A stretch of DNA of 64,000 nt from Fonticula alba ATCC 38817. Taxonomy: Eukaryota > Protista > Nucleariida. Made by a program: the position numbers and the translations under genes. Where the stretch lies: assembly GCA_000388065.2 (NCBI GenBank), contig KB932206.1, one strand, 5' to 3'. Below are positions 11,578-23,199 of the stretch, piece after piece. A model generated the notes under the pieces. The model ran no database searches and had not been told where the DNA came from. It saw only the letters and a program-made list of their open reading frames with translations. Numbering within the stretch: the first letter of the stretch is position 1; each line of letters starts with the position of its first letter.

Positions 11578-12658
11578 CGAAAGGGAGCGAACGCATGCCA
11601 GCAATGCACGCACCACGAGTGAACTTGGTGAGCGACGTTTGAAGCATATTCAGATGCCCCAGCAGGACCGCAATGTCGGCCCGGTGGCGAGAGTCCAAGT
11701 GCCGGAGCTTGGCCGCCGTATCGAAGGACTCGATCGAGTGGGCCGGTGCAGGCTGACCGTCAGCGCGGGTGTTTGCTGTGATGCACAAGGGCGAAGGGAG
11801 AGCCAAGCAGGGGGGGGGGGGGCAGGGGAGCGGAGTGTGAGTGGGAGTCGGTGGGGGCATATGCGAGTGGCCCAGCGAGGGACTCGGTCCATACCATGGT
11901 GTGCCAGCGCGCCGCGAAGGGTCTTGATTCTGCCAGGCGAAAAGCGGGGAAGTTAGCGAACGGGCCCATGGAGAGAGCGCGGGCGGGCGGGCGGGCGGAG
12001 GGGGAACACGGCAGGGGCCAGGAGAAAGACAAGCGGGCGGCGTACTCCTGTGCCCGGCTGTCGAGCTCGGCCTTCTGGGCATTGAGCGCATTGAGCGACT
12101 CATTCAGGCGGAAGCCGAGTTCCAGAGACCGGGGCTCGGCCTCCAACACGCGCGATAGGGCCTTGAAGTAGAAGAGGCGCCAGAAGGACACCTGCTCCTC
12201 GGAGTCGATGCCCTGGTCCTGCGGCGAATGGACGGGGACGGTGGAAGGGAGTCAGCAGCCGTGATCGCCACCAAGAGGGGCAGCCATGTCCAAGCAGGGA
12301 AGTCGGAATAGGGGGGAGTCGGGGAGGGGGGGGGGGGGGGCAGAAGGCATACCTGGAGCGAGGAAAAGAGGACGCATTCACGGTGGGTGGCCAGACTCTC
12401 GGAGATGATGACCGTGTTGGTGGAGTCCGGGCCGAGGCCTGGCGACTTGCCGAGCGAGGCCACCGAGGCCACTGACGAGGCTGCCGATAGGGAGGGGCGA
12501 GACGCGGACGGGGGCTCGCTCACGGGCAGGCCGCAGATAGTGCACTGGGCCGTCGTCGTCGTGGTCGTCGTCGTGGCCGGTGGTGGGGCTGGTGTCCGGC
12601 CAGGCGGGAGGGCCCGGCCGATGTCCGTCAGCGAGGAGGCGGTCGCTGTGGCGGTCAT
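7115..12658 (-). CDS. Multi-exon RhoGAP-family protein: N-terminal zinc-finger-like motif, coiled coil, PH, C1 and a degenerate RhoGAP domain
   Basis: ATG at 12658. Exons include 12658-12353, 12218-12046, three short exons, a large exon starting at 11326 and three 3' exons ending at TGA 7115. PH-like segment: WVSLWLLLQGERLFFF...WVSYLHLA. C1: HVLEETRSFLSVHRCAVCASYILTKSYRCRYCQLHSHLSCSARLPADC. RhoGAP landmarks: VFGPLLD, LPVVLVVCVRAIERR, GLYHQPA, SPHCVAHVLKLWLGSISRDLF, RHLLVHL, MLARSMAPFLF, LLEIMINQAHTLF. Confidence 0.88.
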
Positions 12659-13170
12659 GCTGGGCCGGGGTAGGAGAAGAAGGGGCGCCCGGGAGCGATC
12701 CACCGGCGTCCGACCAGGAGGGAGGGATGGAGATGGGGCCCGGCAGGAAGAGCAGACGAAAAAGGGGGAGCGAGGGGGCAGGGGAGGAGCAGGAGGGAAG
12801 GAAGGAAGGGAGAGGACAGGAGGAGCGGGATGAGCAGGAACAGGGAGAGGGGGGGCGGGAGGGGGGGGGGGAGAGAGAGAAAGAGTCGTTCTAGCCAGAT
12901 GGGCCCGGTCTAACTCGGGTACGGCCAGCGAAAAAGCCCCCGCCTGGCCCTTTGCCCGCGGTGGGGCGCGCCCGGCAGACCGCAGATGGCGCGCGCGCGC
13001 GCGCGCACAAGCAGCTGCATGTGCGTGGGGGTGATCCCTGCCCGTGGCAGCTGGCAAGAATCCCTGAGCCTCGGCGCATGGACAGGCGGACGCGCCCGCG
13101 CGAGCGCGCACCCACGAGAGAGGGAGGAAGACCCGGGGAACACCCACAAAGCTACACCCCTACCCCCCCC

Positions 13171-14010
13171 NNNNNNNNNNNNNNNNNNNNNNNNNNNNNN
13201 NNNNNNNNNNNNNNNNNNNNNNNNNNNNNNNNNNNNNNNNNNNNNNNNNNNNNNNNNNNNNNNNNNNNNNNNNNNNNNNNNNNNNNNNNNNNNNNNNNNN
13301 NNNNNNNNNNNNNNNNNNNNNNNNNNNNNNNNNNNNNNNNNNNNNNNNNNNNNNNNNNNNNNNNNNNNNNNNNNNNNNNNNNNNNNNNNNNNNNNNNNNN
13401 NNNNNNNNNNNNNNNNNNNNNNNNNNNNNNNNNNNNNNNNNNNNNNNNNNNNNNNNNNNNNNNNNNNNNNNNNNNNNNNNNNNNNNNNNNNNNNNNNNNN
13501 NNNNNNNNNNNNNNNNNNNNNNNNNNNNNNNNNNNNNNNNNNNNNNNNNNNNNNNNNNNNNNNNNNNNNNNNNNNNNNNNNNNNNNNNNNNNNNNNNNNN
13601 NNNNNNNNNNNNNNNNNNNNNNNNNNNNNNNNNNNNNNNNNNNNNNNNNNNNNNNNNNNNNNNNNNNNNNNNNNNNNNNNNNNNNNNNNNNNNNNNNNNN
13701 NNNNNNNNNNNNNNNNNNNNNNNNNNNNNNNNNNNNNNNNNNNNNNNNNNNNNNNNNNNNNNNNNNNNNNNNNNNNNNNNNNNNNNNNNNNNNNNNNNNN
13801 NNNNNNNNNNNNNNNNNNNNNNNNNNNNNNNNNNNNNNNNNNNNNNNNNNNNNNNNNNNNNNNNNNNNNNNNNNNNNNNNNNNNNNNNNNNNNNNNNNNN
13901 NNNNNNNNNNNNNNNNNNNNNNNNNNNNNNNNNNNNNNNNNNNNNNNNNNNNNNNNNNNNNNNNNNNNNNNNNNNNNNNNNNNNNNNNNNNNNNNNNNNN
14001 NNNNNNNNNN
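13171..14010. other. Assembly gap (largest N-run). Other gaps at about 3973, 14782, 27530, 31248, 32979, 33600, 39612, 44718, 51723, 54029, 56727 and 60059
   Basis: N-runs in the sequence, nearly all flanked by poly-C/poly-G, (CT)n or repeats. Confidence 0.99.
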
Positions 14011-15179
14011 CCCCCCCCCCCCCCCCCCCCCGGACGGAACATCCCGGTGTCTGGGCGTGTATAGCCAGGTGCCTGTCCGCCCTCCCCCCTGACACCAACC
14101 CCCCCTCAGGCCCCATCGAGCACACGCCCGCGCCAGGGAGGGCATGCGCCGCGCGCATGCTCGGCCCGGGCTTCCGCCACATGGCTTCTGCAAAAAGCGT
14201 CCACACACACACACACACACACATACACAGGCACCCACACGCCCCGGCGCGCATGCATCCGCGCACCTCCCCGCCCACCCCACCCGGAGCCCCTGGCAAC
14301 TCTGGCCGCCTGCCAGCCCCGACGGGCGACCTGGTGCAAGGGCGCCCCCGGCACCCGCGCCCGAGGCCGCCCCCGCCCGGCCAGGCGGACTGGCACCCGC
14401 CCGGGGCTTCTCCCGAACCCGCGCGCCGTTCCCACGGGAATGCCCCCGGCCAAATCCTTGGCACACATCCGGGGGTGGATTCCATTCCCCGGTCGGCCGG
14501 CCGGCGTGTGATTCCCCTCGCGCGCGTGACCTGGTGCCCACGCACCCGGATGCCCACCCTCCGCCGGAGCTCCCGGCCCGTCCGATCGCGTCTGCCGCGC
14601 GCCAGCCCGCCGGGCGGGGTGAAAGCCGGCAGCCCGCCGGGCGGGCACAGGGCGCGCTGGTCTAGCCAAAACAAATACCTGGCCCAGCCGGGCCCAGAAT
14701 AAGCGCCGCGGCTCGAGAGTGTCCTTGGCCAGCCAAGGCGGCTCGTCCGTGGCTCTCGTCCGGCCGGCAGAGGGGGGGGGGNNNNNNNNNNNNNNNNNNN
14801 NNNNNNNNNNNNNNNNNNNNNNNNNNNNNNNNNNNNNNNNNNNNNNNNNNNNNNNNNNNNNNNNNNNNNNNNNNNNNNNNNNNNNNNNNNNNNNNNNNNN
14901 NNNNNNNNNNNNNNNNNNNNNNNNNNNNNNNNNNNNNNNNNNNNNNNNNNNNNNNNNNNNNNNNNNNNNNNNNNNNNNNNNNNNNNNNNNNNNNNNNNNN
15001 NNNNNNNNNNNNNNNNNNNNNNNNNNNNNNNNNNNNNNNNNNNNNNNNNNNNNNNNNNNNNNNNNNNNNNNNNNNNNNNNNNNNNNNNNNNNNNNNNNNN
15101 NNNNNNNNNNNNNNNNNNNNNNNNNNNNNNNNNNNNCCCCCCCCTCCCCCCTGCACACCACCGCCACCTCCCGGAAGAG

Positions 15180-17193
15180 ATGTCCTCCACGCACAATTCC
15201 ACCAAGAGGCCCCCCCTCCCCGGCGGCGCCGGGTCCTTCAGCCAGGGCGGCCAGCCGCAGGCGCGGCCGCCTGCCCCGCAGCCGCGCGCAGTCCTCTACG
15301 GCATTAAGCATCCGTCGATGGCCATGTGCTCGCTGCCCTCCTCGGCTACCACCGGGGTCGGCTCCGACGAGGCGGCCCGATTCCTGGTCGGGTCGGCCAC
15401 CACGCGCGGCCCGGCCGAGGTCCACCTTCTGGAGGTGTCCTCCGAGCCGGCGGACCCGGCCGCCGACGCCGGCGACAGCTGCGGCCCCATCCGATCCTCC
15501 TTTTACCACCACCCCCGTGGGCAAATTTGCGACATCTCCTCCTCGCCACACAACTCCTCATGGTTCGCCACGTCCAGCGTCGATGCCGGTATGTGCCCCT
15601 GCTTGATAGGTGGCGGGGCTGATGTTGCTCTCGGCGTCTTTTAGCCTTTGCCCCCCCCCCCTCCCTCCCTCCCTCCCTTCCGCTCTTTCCCCCGCGCTGC
15701 CAAGACAAAAGAAGCCTGACACCCCGCCAGCCTCCGGCGAGAACTTTGTCACCGTCTGGGGAGCAACCTTCCCCTTCTCCCCGGGCTCGCCCTCTCTGCC
15801 GGCAAGTGGAAATCCCGGCGACAACAGCCCCCCTCTGAAGATGATTGCCTCCCTGTCCGGCCTCAAGTCGCAGGTCAACAAGTGCGCCCTCCCCCAGACC
15901 TGCGCTTCCCGGTGGCCTCCTCCCCTGCCCCTTCCCCCCTTCTGCCGCCCTCCTTTCCTCCTCTTCGTCCGCCATGCTTACGCACAGGCACACGCACGCG
16001 CCACCGAAACAGAGTCATCTGGAACCCAAACAGCCAGGGTGAGTTTGCCACCATCGACCAGGCTGGGGCTCTGTGCCTGTTCAACTTCGCCGGATCCACT
16101 GCCACGGCCACCAACCCGGCTCCAGCCAATCGCACGGCCACCATCTCCACGGCGGACTTTGGCGTGGCCAACCCCAGCCCCCTGCTGGCTTGCTCGTGGA
16201 ACCCCCACCAGGACGCGCAGATTGTCACTTCGGCTCAGGATGGCTCCCTCACGGTGTGGGACATCCGCAGTAAGCGGTGGGTTCCCCCTCTTCCCTTTGG
16301 CCTCGCTCATCCGGTGGGCAGCCTTTCTGACGGAACACGCATGCGCATACACACATGCACACACACACACACACACACACATATGCACACACTTATGCAC
16401 ACACATATGCACGCACATATGCACATTCAGGCCTGCCATTCGGACGACCTCGGCCCACGGCCTGAAGGTCCCCGTTCGCGCAGTCGACCATAACCCCCTG
16501 GCCGCGTCGTTTCTCGCATCCGGGGGCGATGACGGGTCCGTCCGGATTTGGGACATACGCAACATGGGCTCCGGGCCGGTGAAGACCACCCTTTCCCACA
16601 CGCACTGGTACGACGCGCGGATTTCTCCCCATCCCATGTGCTGGGCCCTGCACAAGCTGACTTGCCCACACGCGATTCCGCCCCGGCTCAGGGTCTGGTC
16701 CGTGGAGTACAACCACTTTTATGATGAGCTGCTCCTGAGCGCCGGCTCCGACTCACGCGTGCATCTCGAGAATGTCGGGTCGCATGTGTCCGGATCGTCG
16801 AGCTACTCTGCCGGCGAGTGCGTCCGCATGGTTTGCCCTTTCCCTTTCCCCTCCTGCTCCTCCGCGACATGGCCCTCCCCTCGCTCCCTCCCGCGCCCCC
16901 GTCCACCTGCCCCTTTCCCGTGCCGCAGGGATGCCCTTTACTGACCTGCTGCTGCTGCATGCGCCCACGCGGGCAACAGGTCGACGCACTCGGACTCCGG
17001 CCTTCCGGCCTCCAGTCCCACCCCCTCGCGCAGCCGCGCCGGGCCGGTTCACACGTACACCCCCCATGAGGAGTCGGTGTACTCGGCCCGGTGGTCTGCC
17101 TCTGAACCTTGGATCCTGGCCTCGGTCTCGTATGATGGCCGTGTGGCCATCAATGTTGTGCCGCGGAGTGAGAAGCTGCGCCTCCTGTTGTAG
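15180..17193 (+). CDS. EIPR1: EARP/GARP-interacting WD40 protein EIPR1 (TSSC1)
   Basis: Spliced product contains VLYGIKH...RFLVGS...EVHLLEV...HPRGQICDISSSP, SWNPH...VWDIR, [45 protein letters not shown] and the terminal HEESVYSARWSASEPWILASVSYDGRVAINVVPRSEKLRLLL*. These match the characteristic TSSC1 N- and C-terminal motifs. Confidence 0.93.
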
Positions 17194-17511
17194 TTTTGGG
17201 CGGCCTGCATCATCCCTCGGCCTGGAAGGGTGTCACCTTTCCGCCTGCCCTTCCCCTGTCCATGAACAACCCTCTGCATGTGTATGTATGTATGTGTGTG
17301 TATGCGAAAATGCAAGTGCGCTGGTGGACAGGTGTTGCGCCCTTCTTTTCCGGTGCTGATTCTTGGAGAGAAAAAAAAACAAGCAGATGGCGTCCTCTAC
17401 TTTGGTGGACACCCAGCCGGGTGGGAGAGAGAGAGAGAGAAATGGAGAGGGGGAGGGAGCAAGGGAGAAAGAAAAGAGAGGAGGTTGACAGGGGAGACAT
17501 GTTCCCAGGCT

Positions 17512-18838
17512 CTAGTTGGTGGAGTGCGCCTCGAAGAAGGCCCGCAGGTCCGGATACCAGGAAAGCGGGGCATCAGGGTTGGCAGCCTCCGGGCCCAGAC
17601 CCCCCGCAAAGCCGAAGGTGATCCCGAGCCCGTCGAAGTCGATGGGCTGCAGATGCCCGCCCGGGGCGCCGAGTGCCGCGGCCAGAGGCTCCAGGTCCAG
17701 ACGCTCGCCGGCCGAAATGGAGATGGCATTCAGGGAGTCACGGGTCTTGAACTGGCTCCGACTGGGGGGTGGGGGAGGGGGAGCGGGATGTCAGTTGCTT
17801 TCGCGGATGGCGCGGGAACAGCGAGAGGGGAGAATGCGAAGGGGGAGCAGAGGGGGAGAAAGGAGAAGAGCGAGGCATCCGCAACTCCAGACGCACAGCT
17901 CCTTGGAGAAGACCGTGCGAACGCGCTCGCCGAAGGCCTCCTGCCACTGGCCATCCGGAGCAACCTGGTCCATCTTGGTGAGGAGGACATGCAGGGCCAG
18001 CGACCGGGCGGAGCACTGGCGCAGCAGGTCAAAGAGAGCCTCGCCCACCTGCTCGATGGACACCGAGGAGGTGGCCCCCTTGGTGCCGGGGGCCAGGATG
18101 GTGGAGCCGGCCACGGTGAAAAGCACACCGCCAAGGCGCGAGGCAGCGCCCTCGCGACCGAGCCCCTCCCCGCGCAGGTACTCCTGGCACCGGGGACGAA
18201 GGGTTGGCCGGGCCGGGACCGCCAGCAGGCGAATGGCCGGGCCAGGGACGCCGGGCTCGGTGCCAGTGTCCAGGCTGGCCGGCAGCTGGACCCGTGCGTC
18301 CAGGACCGCCAGCGAGGCAACCGTCTGCAGGGCTGGCTTGCCGGAGTCACGACGCGCGGCGCATGCCGGCCGGCCATACATCAGGTGGTAGGCCAGGGTT
18401 GTCTGTCCGGAAGAGGGCAGCCCTGCCAGGAGGAAGGCATTGCCGCGGCTCTGTCGCGGAGGGGGCGGAGCAGTCGCACTGCCGCCAACAGGAACCAGCG
18501 GGGCCGATTGGGAGGGGGGGGACGGGGGTTGGGACGGGGGCTCGTCGAGGCGGGACGCTAAGTAGCCTGTTTGCCGGGGTGGGGGGGGGGGGGGGGGGAG
18601 CGGCGGCCGAGCCCCAGGTCACCAGCGTTAGTCTCACCTATGGACATGGGAGGAAAGAAGCAGCCAGAGGCGGAAGGCAGGGAGGCAGGCGAGATGGGGG
18701 GAGACAGAGGGTGGACAAACCAAGGACCAGACACAGTAGGGACACCGCGCCAATGGTCAGTTCCCGACGGAAACCCGGCGTCTCGCAGAGCGCGCCATCG
18801 CCGCCGGCGCTGCAGGAGGCGGGAGGGAGGTCATTCAT
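17512..18838 (-). CDS. SRPRB: Signal recognition particle receptor beta subunit, divergent
   Basis: Exons 18838-18721, 18566-17897 and about 17762-17512. N-terminal TM (LTIGAVSLLCLVLGYLA), G1 region NAFLLAGLPSSGQTTL, TVAS, LLAVPARPTLR, VLFTV, QVGEALFDLL, LLTKMD, SKELRSQFKTR and a PIDFDGL...DLRAFF tail follow the SR-beta layout. Confidence 0.8.
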
Positions 18839-18865
18839 CCTTCTCAGGGGGCGGGGACGGGGGGC

Positions 18866-18918
<53 letters not shown>

Positions 18919-20150
18919 AGGGAGGGAGGGAGGAAGACAGAGAGACAGAGAAAGGGGAATGGGTGAGTGTAATAGGAGGGGAGCGAAGTGGAAGGGGGGA
19001 CGCGGGATAGGTTCGCACGGGACAGCTATTCCATCGGGGGCGCGGGCATTTCGGCCAACCGAGGCCCAGCAGAGGCGTCAGGCCGGCAGGATCGCCTTCA
19101 CCATGCTCCCCGCCCTGACTCGCGCCTCGCGCCGTGCAGCTCAGACCCGGGGAACTGGGCCCGTCCGCTCTGTCGGGACCAATCCTCCGGCCAAAAGGGG
19201 AGTTCGTCAGGCAATTTCACCGAGATCTGTGCCATCAGTCGCGTGACATCGCTATACGCACGGCGTGATCCGGTCTTCCGGAATTGTTTGTTGTTATTTC
19301 CTCGCACCAAGTCCCGCGGTGGGATTCTTGCGCGCGAATGCCCGGGCCCGAGGCCGCGCCCCGCGGTGTTCCCTCGCCCAGCCCCTCCTGCCGATGGCTG
19401 GGCCAGGCCCCGCGTGTGTGTGTGTGTGTATGTGCGCGCCCCCGTCGACCGGCCGCGGGGCCAACGGCTGTACGGGGCAGAGGGAGCGCAGGGGGTAGGG
19501 GCATCTCAGTGTGTTGGTGCAGGCTTCTGGCCTCGCCCCCCCCCCCCCCGGCCGCGGGCACCGCAACCAAGCCCGTGGGACCAGGCATTCTCGCCCTGGG
19601 AAGAGTCTGAAAGTAACCTGAGAAGCCTGGAATAATAAGGTGGTATATTGCCACCCGGACTGCCTCCGGGCTTCGCTTGGGATGACTTTTTTCGGCTCCA
19701 GACCGAGGGAAAAGATGCCACGGCCCCCGGCCGTTGTGGTCGGACAAGCCGGGCCTTTTCTCACTCCTCAGCCTCGGTGCGGGCTGGGCCACAGCAGGCA
19801 CACGGCCAACCGCCGCAAGGTCTCGAAGGGGCCGAGTGGGCTAAGGCCTCGGGATCGCACGGCCCGAGGGCCGGCTAGCAGGCCGGCTTGTGAATGGTCT
19901 TGGGCGGATGGGCCGTGCTCCGGTGTCGGGCCGCCGTTTCGAGCCCCGTCCCCGGCTCTCCTGTTGTGGCCGCGAGTGTTCCCCCAGCTCCCCCCCCCCC
20001 CCCGTCGGCGCACCGTTGCCCCCCACATGTGAATATCTGAAAAGGACCAACCCCCCGAGCCGGAGGGCCGGCCCGGAGCCGGGGTCACCATAGGACCTCG
20101 AGAATACGCCTCCCCCCGCCTGGTTGAACTCTCCTGCCTTCTTTTCCGAC

Positions 20151-22058
20151 ATGTTCCGTCGCCTCGCCGCCTCTCTCCTTGCCACCCTGGCCCTGTGTGC
20201 CCTCGCCGCTCATGCCGTGCGCTTGCCCTGCCCCTTCGCCTCCTCTCGCTGCGCTGCTTCGCCTCCACCATGTTTGCCCTTCTGACCGGTCGCCCGCTTG
20301 TACTTCCGCTCTTTCCGTCACCGCAGGCCGAGTGGCAGATCACCCAGCCCAATGTCATGACCATTGCCATGGGTGTCAGCATCCCCAATGACGTTATCTA
20401 TGTCACCGGCTCTGACAACGGTACATGCTGGTCTCCCTGTGTCCTGGCCATTTGGCTCTGTTTCTCCCTTCCCACGCTCTCCTCTCACCAACTGACCTCT
20501 TTCCCCCTTCCTTCCCCTCCCTCTCTCCAACGTCTTCTCTCTCTCTCTCTCTCCCGCTCTCCTCACAGGCACTGGCGCCCGTATCATGCGCTCCTTCGAC
20601 AATGCCGCCACCTGGGAGGACATCAAGCCGGGCAACGAGATTGTACGTACCCTCTGTCCTTGCTCTCGGGCCATCCTTGTGTGTGTGTGTGTGTCTGTGT
20701 GTCTGTGTGTGTGCATGTCCTCCTTCCCAGCTCTAACCCCCCCCCCCCCCCCTGCCGTCCCTCAGTCCCTCATGACCCTGGCCATGCACCATAACCCCCA
20801 CACCAACACCACCACCGGTATCGCTGCCGGTATCGGGTGCGCCTGCATTTCCTTTGTCGGAACTCCCGCACCCTCAGGCTTTGGTGCCCGTCCGCCCTGT
20901 GGGCCCATTCCACCGCCCCCTGACCCAGTCCCTCTCGCTCCCCCCCCCCCCCCCCCCCCCAATCGCAGCATGTACCAGATCTTCAACGGCATGGCCGCCG
21001 CCCAGGACAATGGCGACACCTTCGAGACCATCGGCGAGCCGGTCTTTGTTGCTGGCTACCAGGCCTCCGGTGTCACGCCCTCCGGCACCATCGGTGTGGT
21101 GGGCATGTGGTCGCCGAATGTGCGCGAGCCGCTGACCTACGGCATTCGCATGACCAACGACAACGGCCAGACCTTCACCGACTCCACCTGGCCGCTGGAG
21201 GAGGCCCCCATTCGGTATGCCTCCTTCCCCTCGGATGATGTGTGGTACGCTACCGGTGGTACCTGGCCCACGTCCACCTCCGGCCGGATGGCCGGCAAGC
21301 ACCACCACGGTGGTGCCCGGCACCATGCCCCGCGCGACCCGACCCGCAAGTCGGCCATGCTCAACGAGTTCTTCAAGTTCCGCACCGTGCGCGGCAACCA
21401 GGCCATCGAGTACCTGCCCACCTCCACCGACCCGGCCGCCCACGCCAAGGACCTGGCCAACTACGTGGGTGTCATTGCCAAGACCACCGACGGCGGCCGC
21501 ACCTTCAACACCGTCTTCCATGATGTTGGTGCGTCTCCCTCCCTGCTCTTCATTCTGCTGCCCTCCGGGGGGACCCCCCACTGCCTGCCCTCCCTCTCGC
21601 GTGCGCGCCTGGGCGTGCCCCACTCACAGCATTTCGGCTTGTCCCCGGCTCCCCCCCCCCTCCCCCCCCCCCATCGCAAAGGGAACTTCTACATGAACGG
21701 CATCGACTGCCCGAGTGTCGACCATTGCGTCGCCGTGGCCGAGGGCCCGGCCGGCGGCCACATCTTTGTTTCCGACAATGGCGGCGCCTCCTGGAACCAG
21801 ACCTACACCCACCCCGAGGCCGGTCTCTTCAAGGTGGCCATGGTTTCCGAGACCCACGGCTGGGCCATCGGCGGTGAGGTCAACCCCCAGACCTTCAATG
21901 GGCTCTTCCCCTCGACCGAGGATGGCGGCTTCACCTGGACCCAGGCCCCGCTGGTCCCGCATGTCTACGTCAACGATGTTGCCTGCACCAGCATGGACAA
22001 CTGCGTTGCCACCGCCTTCCACCGCAACGGCCAGAGTGTCATTCTGCAGCTTGCCTAA
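20151..22058 (+). CDS. Secreted BNR/Asp-box repeat beta-propeller protein (Ycf48/sialidase-like fold), function unknown
   Basis: Exon 1 (20151-20216) encodes a signal peptide (MFRRLAASLLATLALCALAAHA); six exons in total. Six Asp-box-like motifs: SFDNAATW, QDNGDTF, TNDNGQTF, TTDGGRTF, SDNGGASW, TEDGGFTW. Stop TAA at 22058. Confidence 0.88.
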
Positions 22059-23199
22059 AGGGGAGGACGGCTCCCTGGAACTCCCTGCCCCCCCCCCCCC
22101 CCCCCCCCTCGCCCTGTCGGCGCCACGGTTTCCGCCTGTTCTCCGTGTGGCTCCCTCCTCGTGCCCTCTCCCTCGTGGAGGGCTCTTGAGCGGAACCGAC
22201 AGCAGCTCATGTGTCTGGTCTCTGCCCGCTGTTCCTCCCCCTGTGCGGAGAGAGGAGGTGCGTGCCAGTACCAGCGCGCGTGGCCCGAACAAAATACACC
22301 TCCCCCCCATTCGGGCCGCGATGATGCTGAAAGAGTAGCAAGTGCGAGCACGTGCCTGTCTGCGGGGATCATATGTTGCCGGCATCGCAGACCGATCTAT
22401 CTCGGTGCCAACGGATCTCCACGGCCGCCGGGGCGTGTCGATGTTGGGAGCCAGCGCGCGAAGAACGGGGGTCGGAGGACGGCGGCGGGGGCGGAGGGGC
22501 GATCACAGGTCCGGTCTCGGCAGCAGGCCCGGCGCCCGTGTGCGTGTGCTGAGGGAAGGATGCGCGGCATGGCATCTCCATTGGTTGTTGTTTGTGTACG
22601 CGCGCCACCCCGTGCCCGCCCTCCTCGAGGTATGGTGTCCTCTGTGTGGGCGTGCCCGAGGCGATGCGGTCGGGCAATGTGTCGGTGGAAGTGCGCGCGC
22701 CGCGTCCTGCCCCCTCCTTGGCGAGTGCGCCGCCAACGGGCGCATGTCTCGGTCGAGGCCGGAATCTGTGCTTTCCTGTGCGTAGAGGCACCGAACATGC
22801 CCTTGTGAACTCCCCCCCTCCCCGTCCGGCAAAGCGTCTGCTCGGGCTGTGTGCCCCAATGGCTGCAGCTCGGGGGATGCAGCGTGCCTCCCCCATCGCA
22901 CACCCGTCCGAGGGCCGGCCAGATGCCCGCAGTCCCGTCCCCCCCGCCCTTGTATCTGGGCCCAGATGAGAATGGGTTTGACGCGCGATCTCACGAGGGC
23001 GCCTATTTTCGGAGCCGTCTCCGGTCTACGCGCCATCTCCACGTCTCCCATGCTCCTCCCCCTCCGCCGCCTCCTCCTCTCACTCTTTCCCCATCCTCCT
23101 CCTCCCTGTCCCCGATCTCTTGCCCCGTCTCCGCCTTCCTCCTCTCCTCCCCTCCTGCCACGTTCTTCATCCCCCCCCCCCCCACTGTCCGCGTGGGCC

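Noticed and set aside
12988-13004. (CG)n alternating tracts (also about 2351, 45597 and 63679) as Z-DNA regulatory elements
   Set aside because: They are short and expected at this GC and microsatellite content, with no consistent position relative to gene starts.
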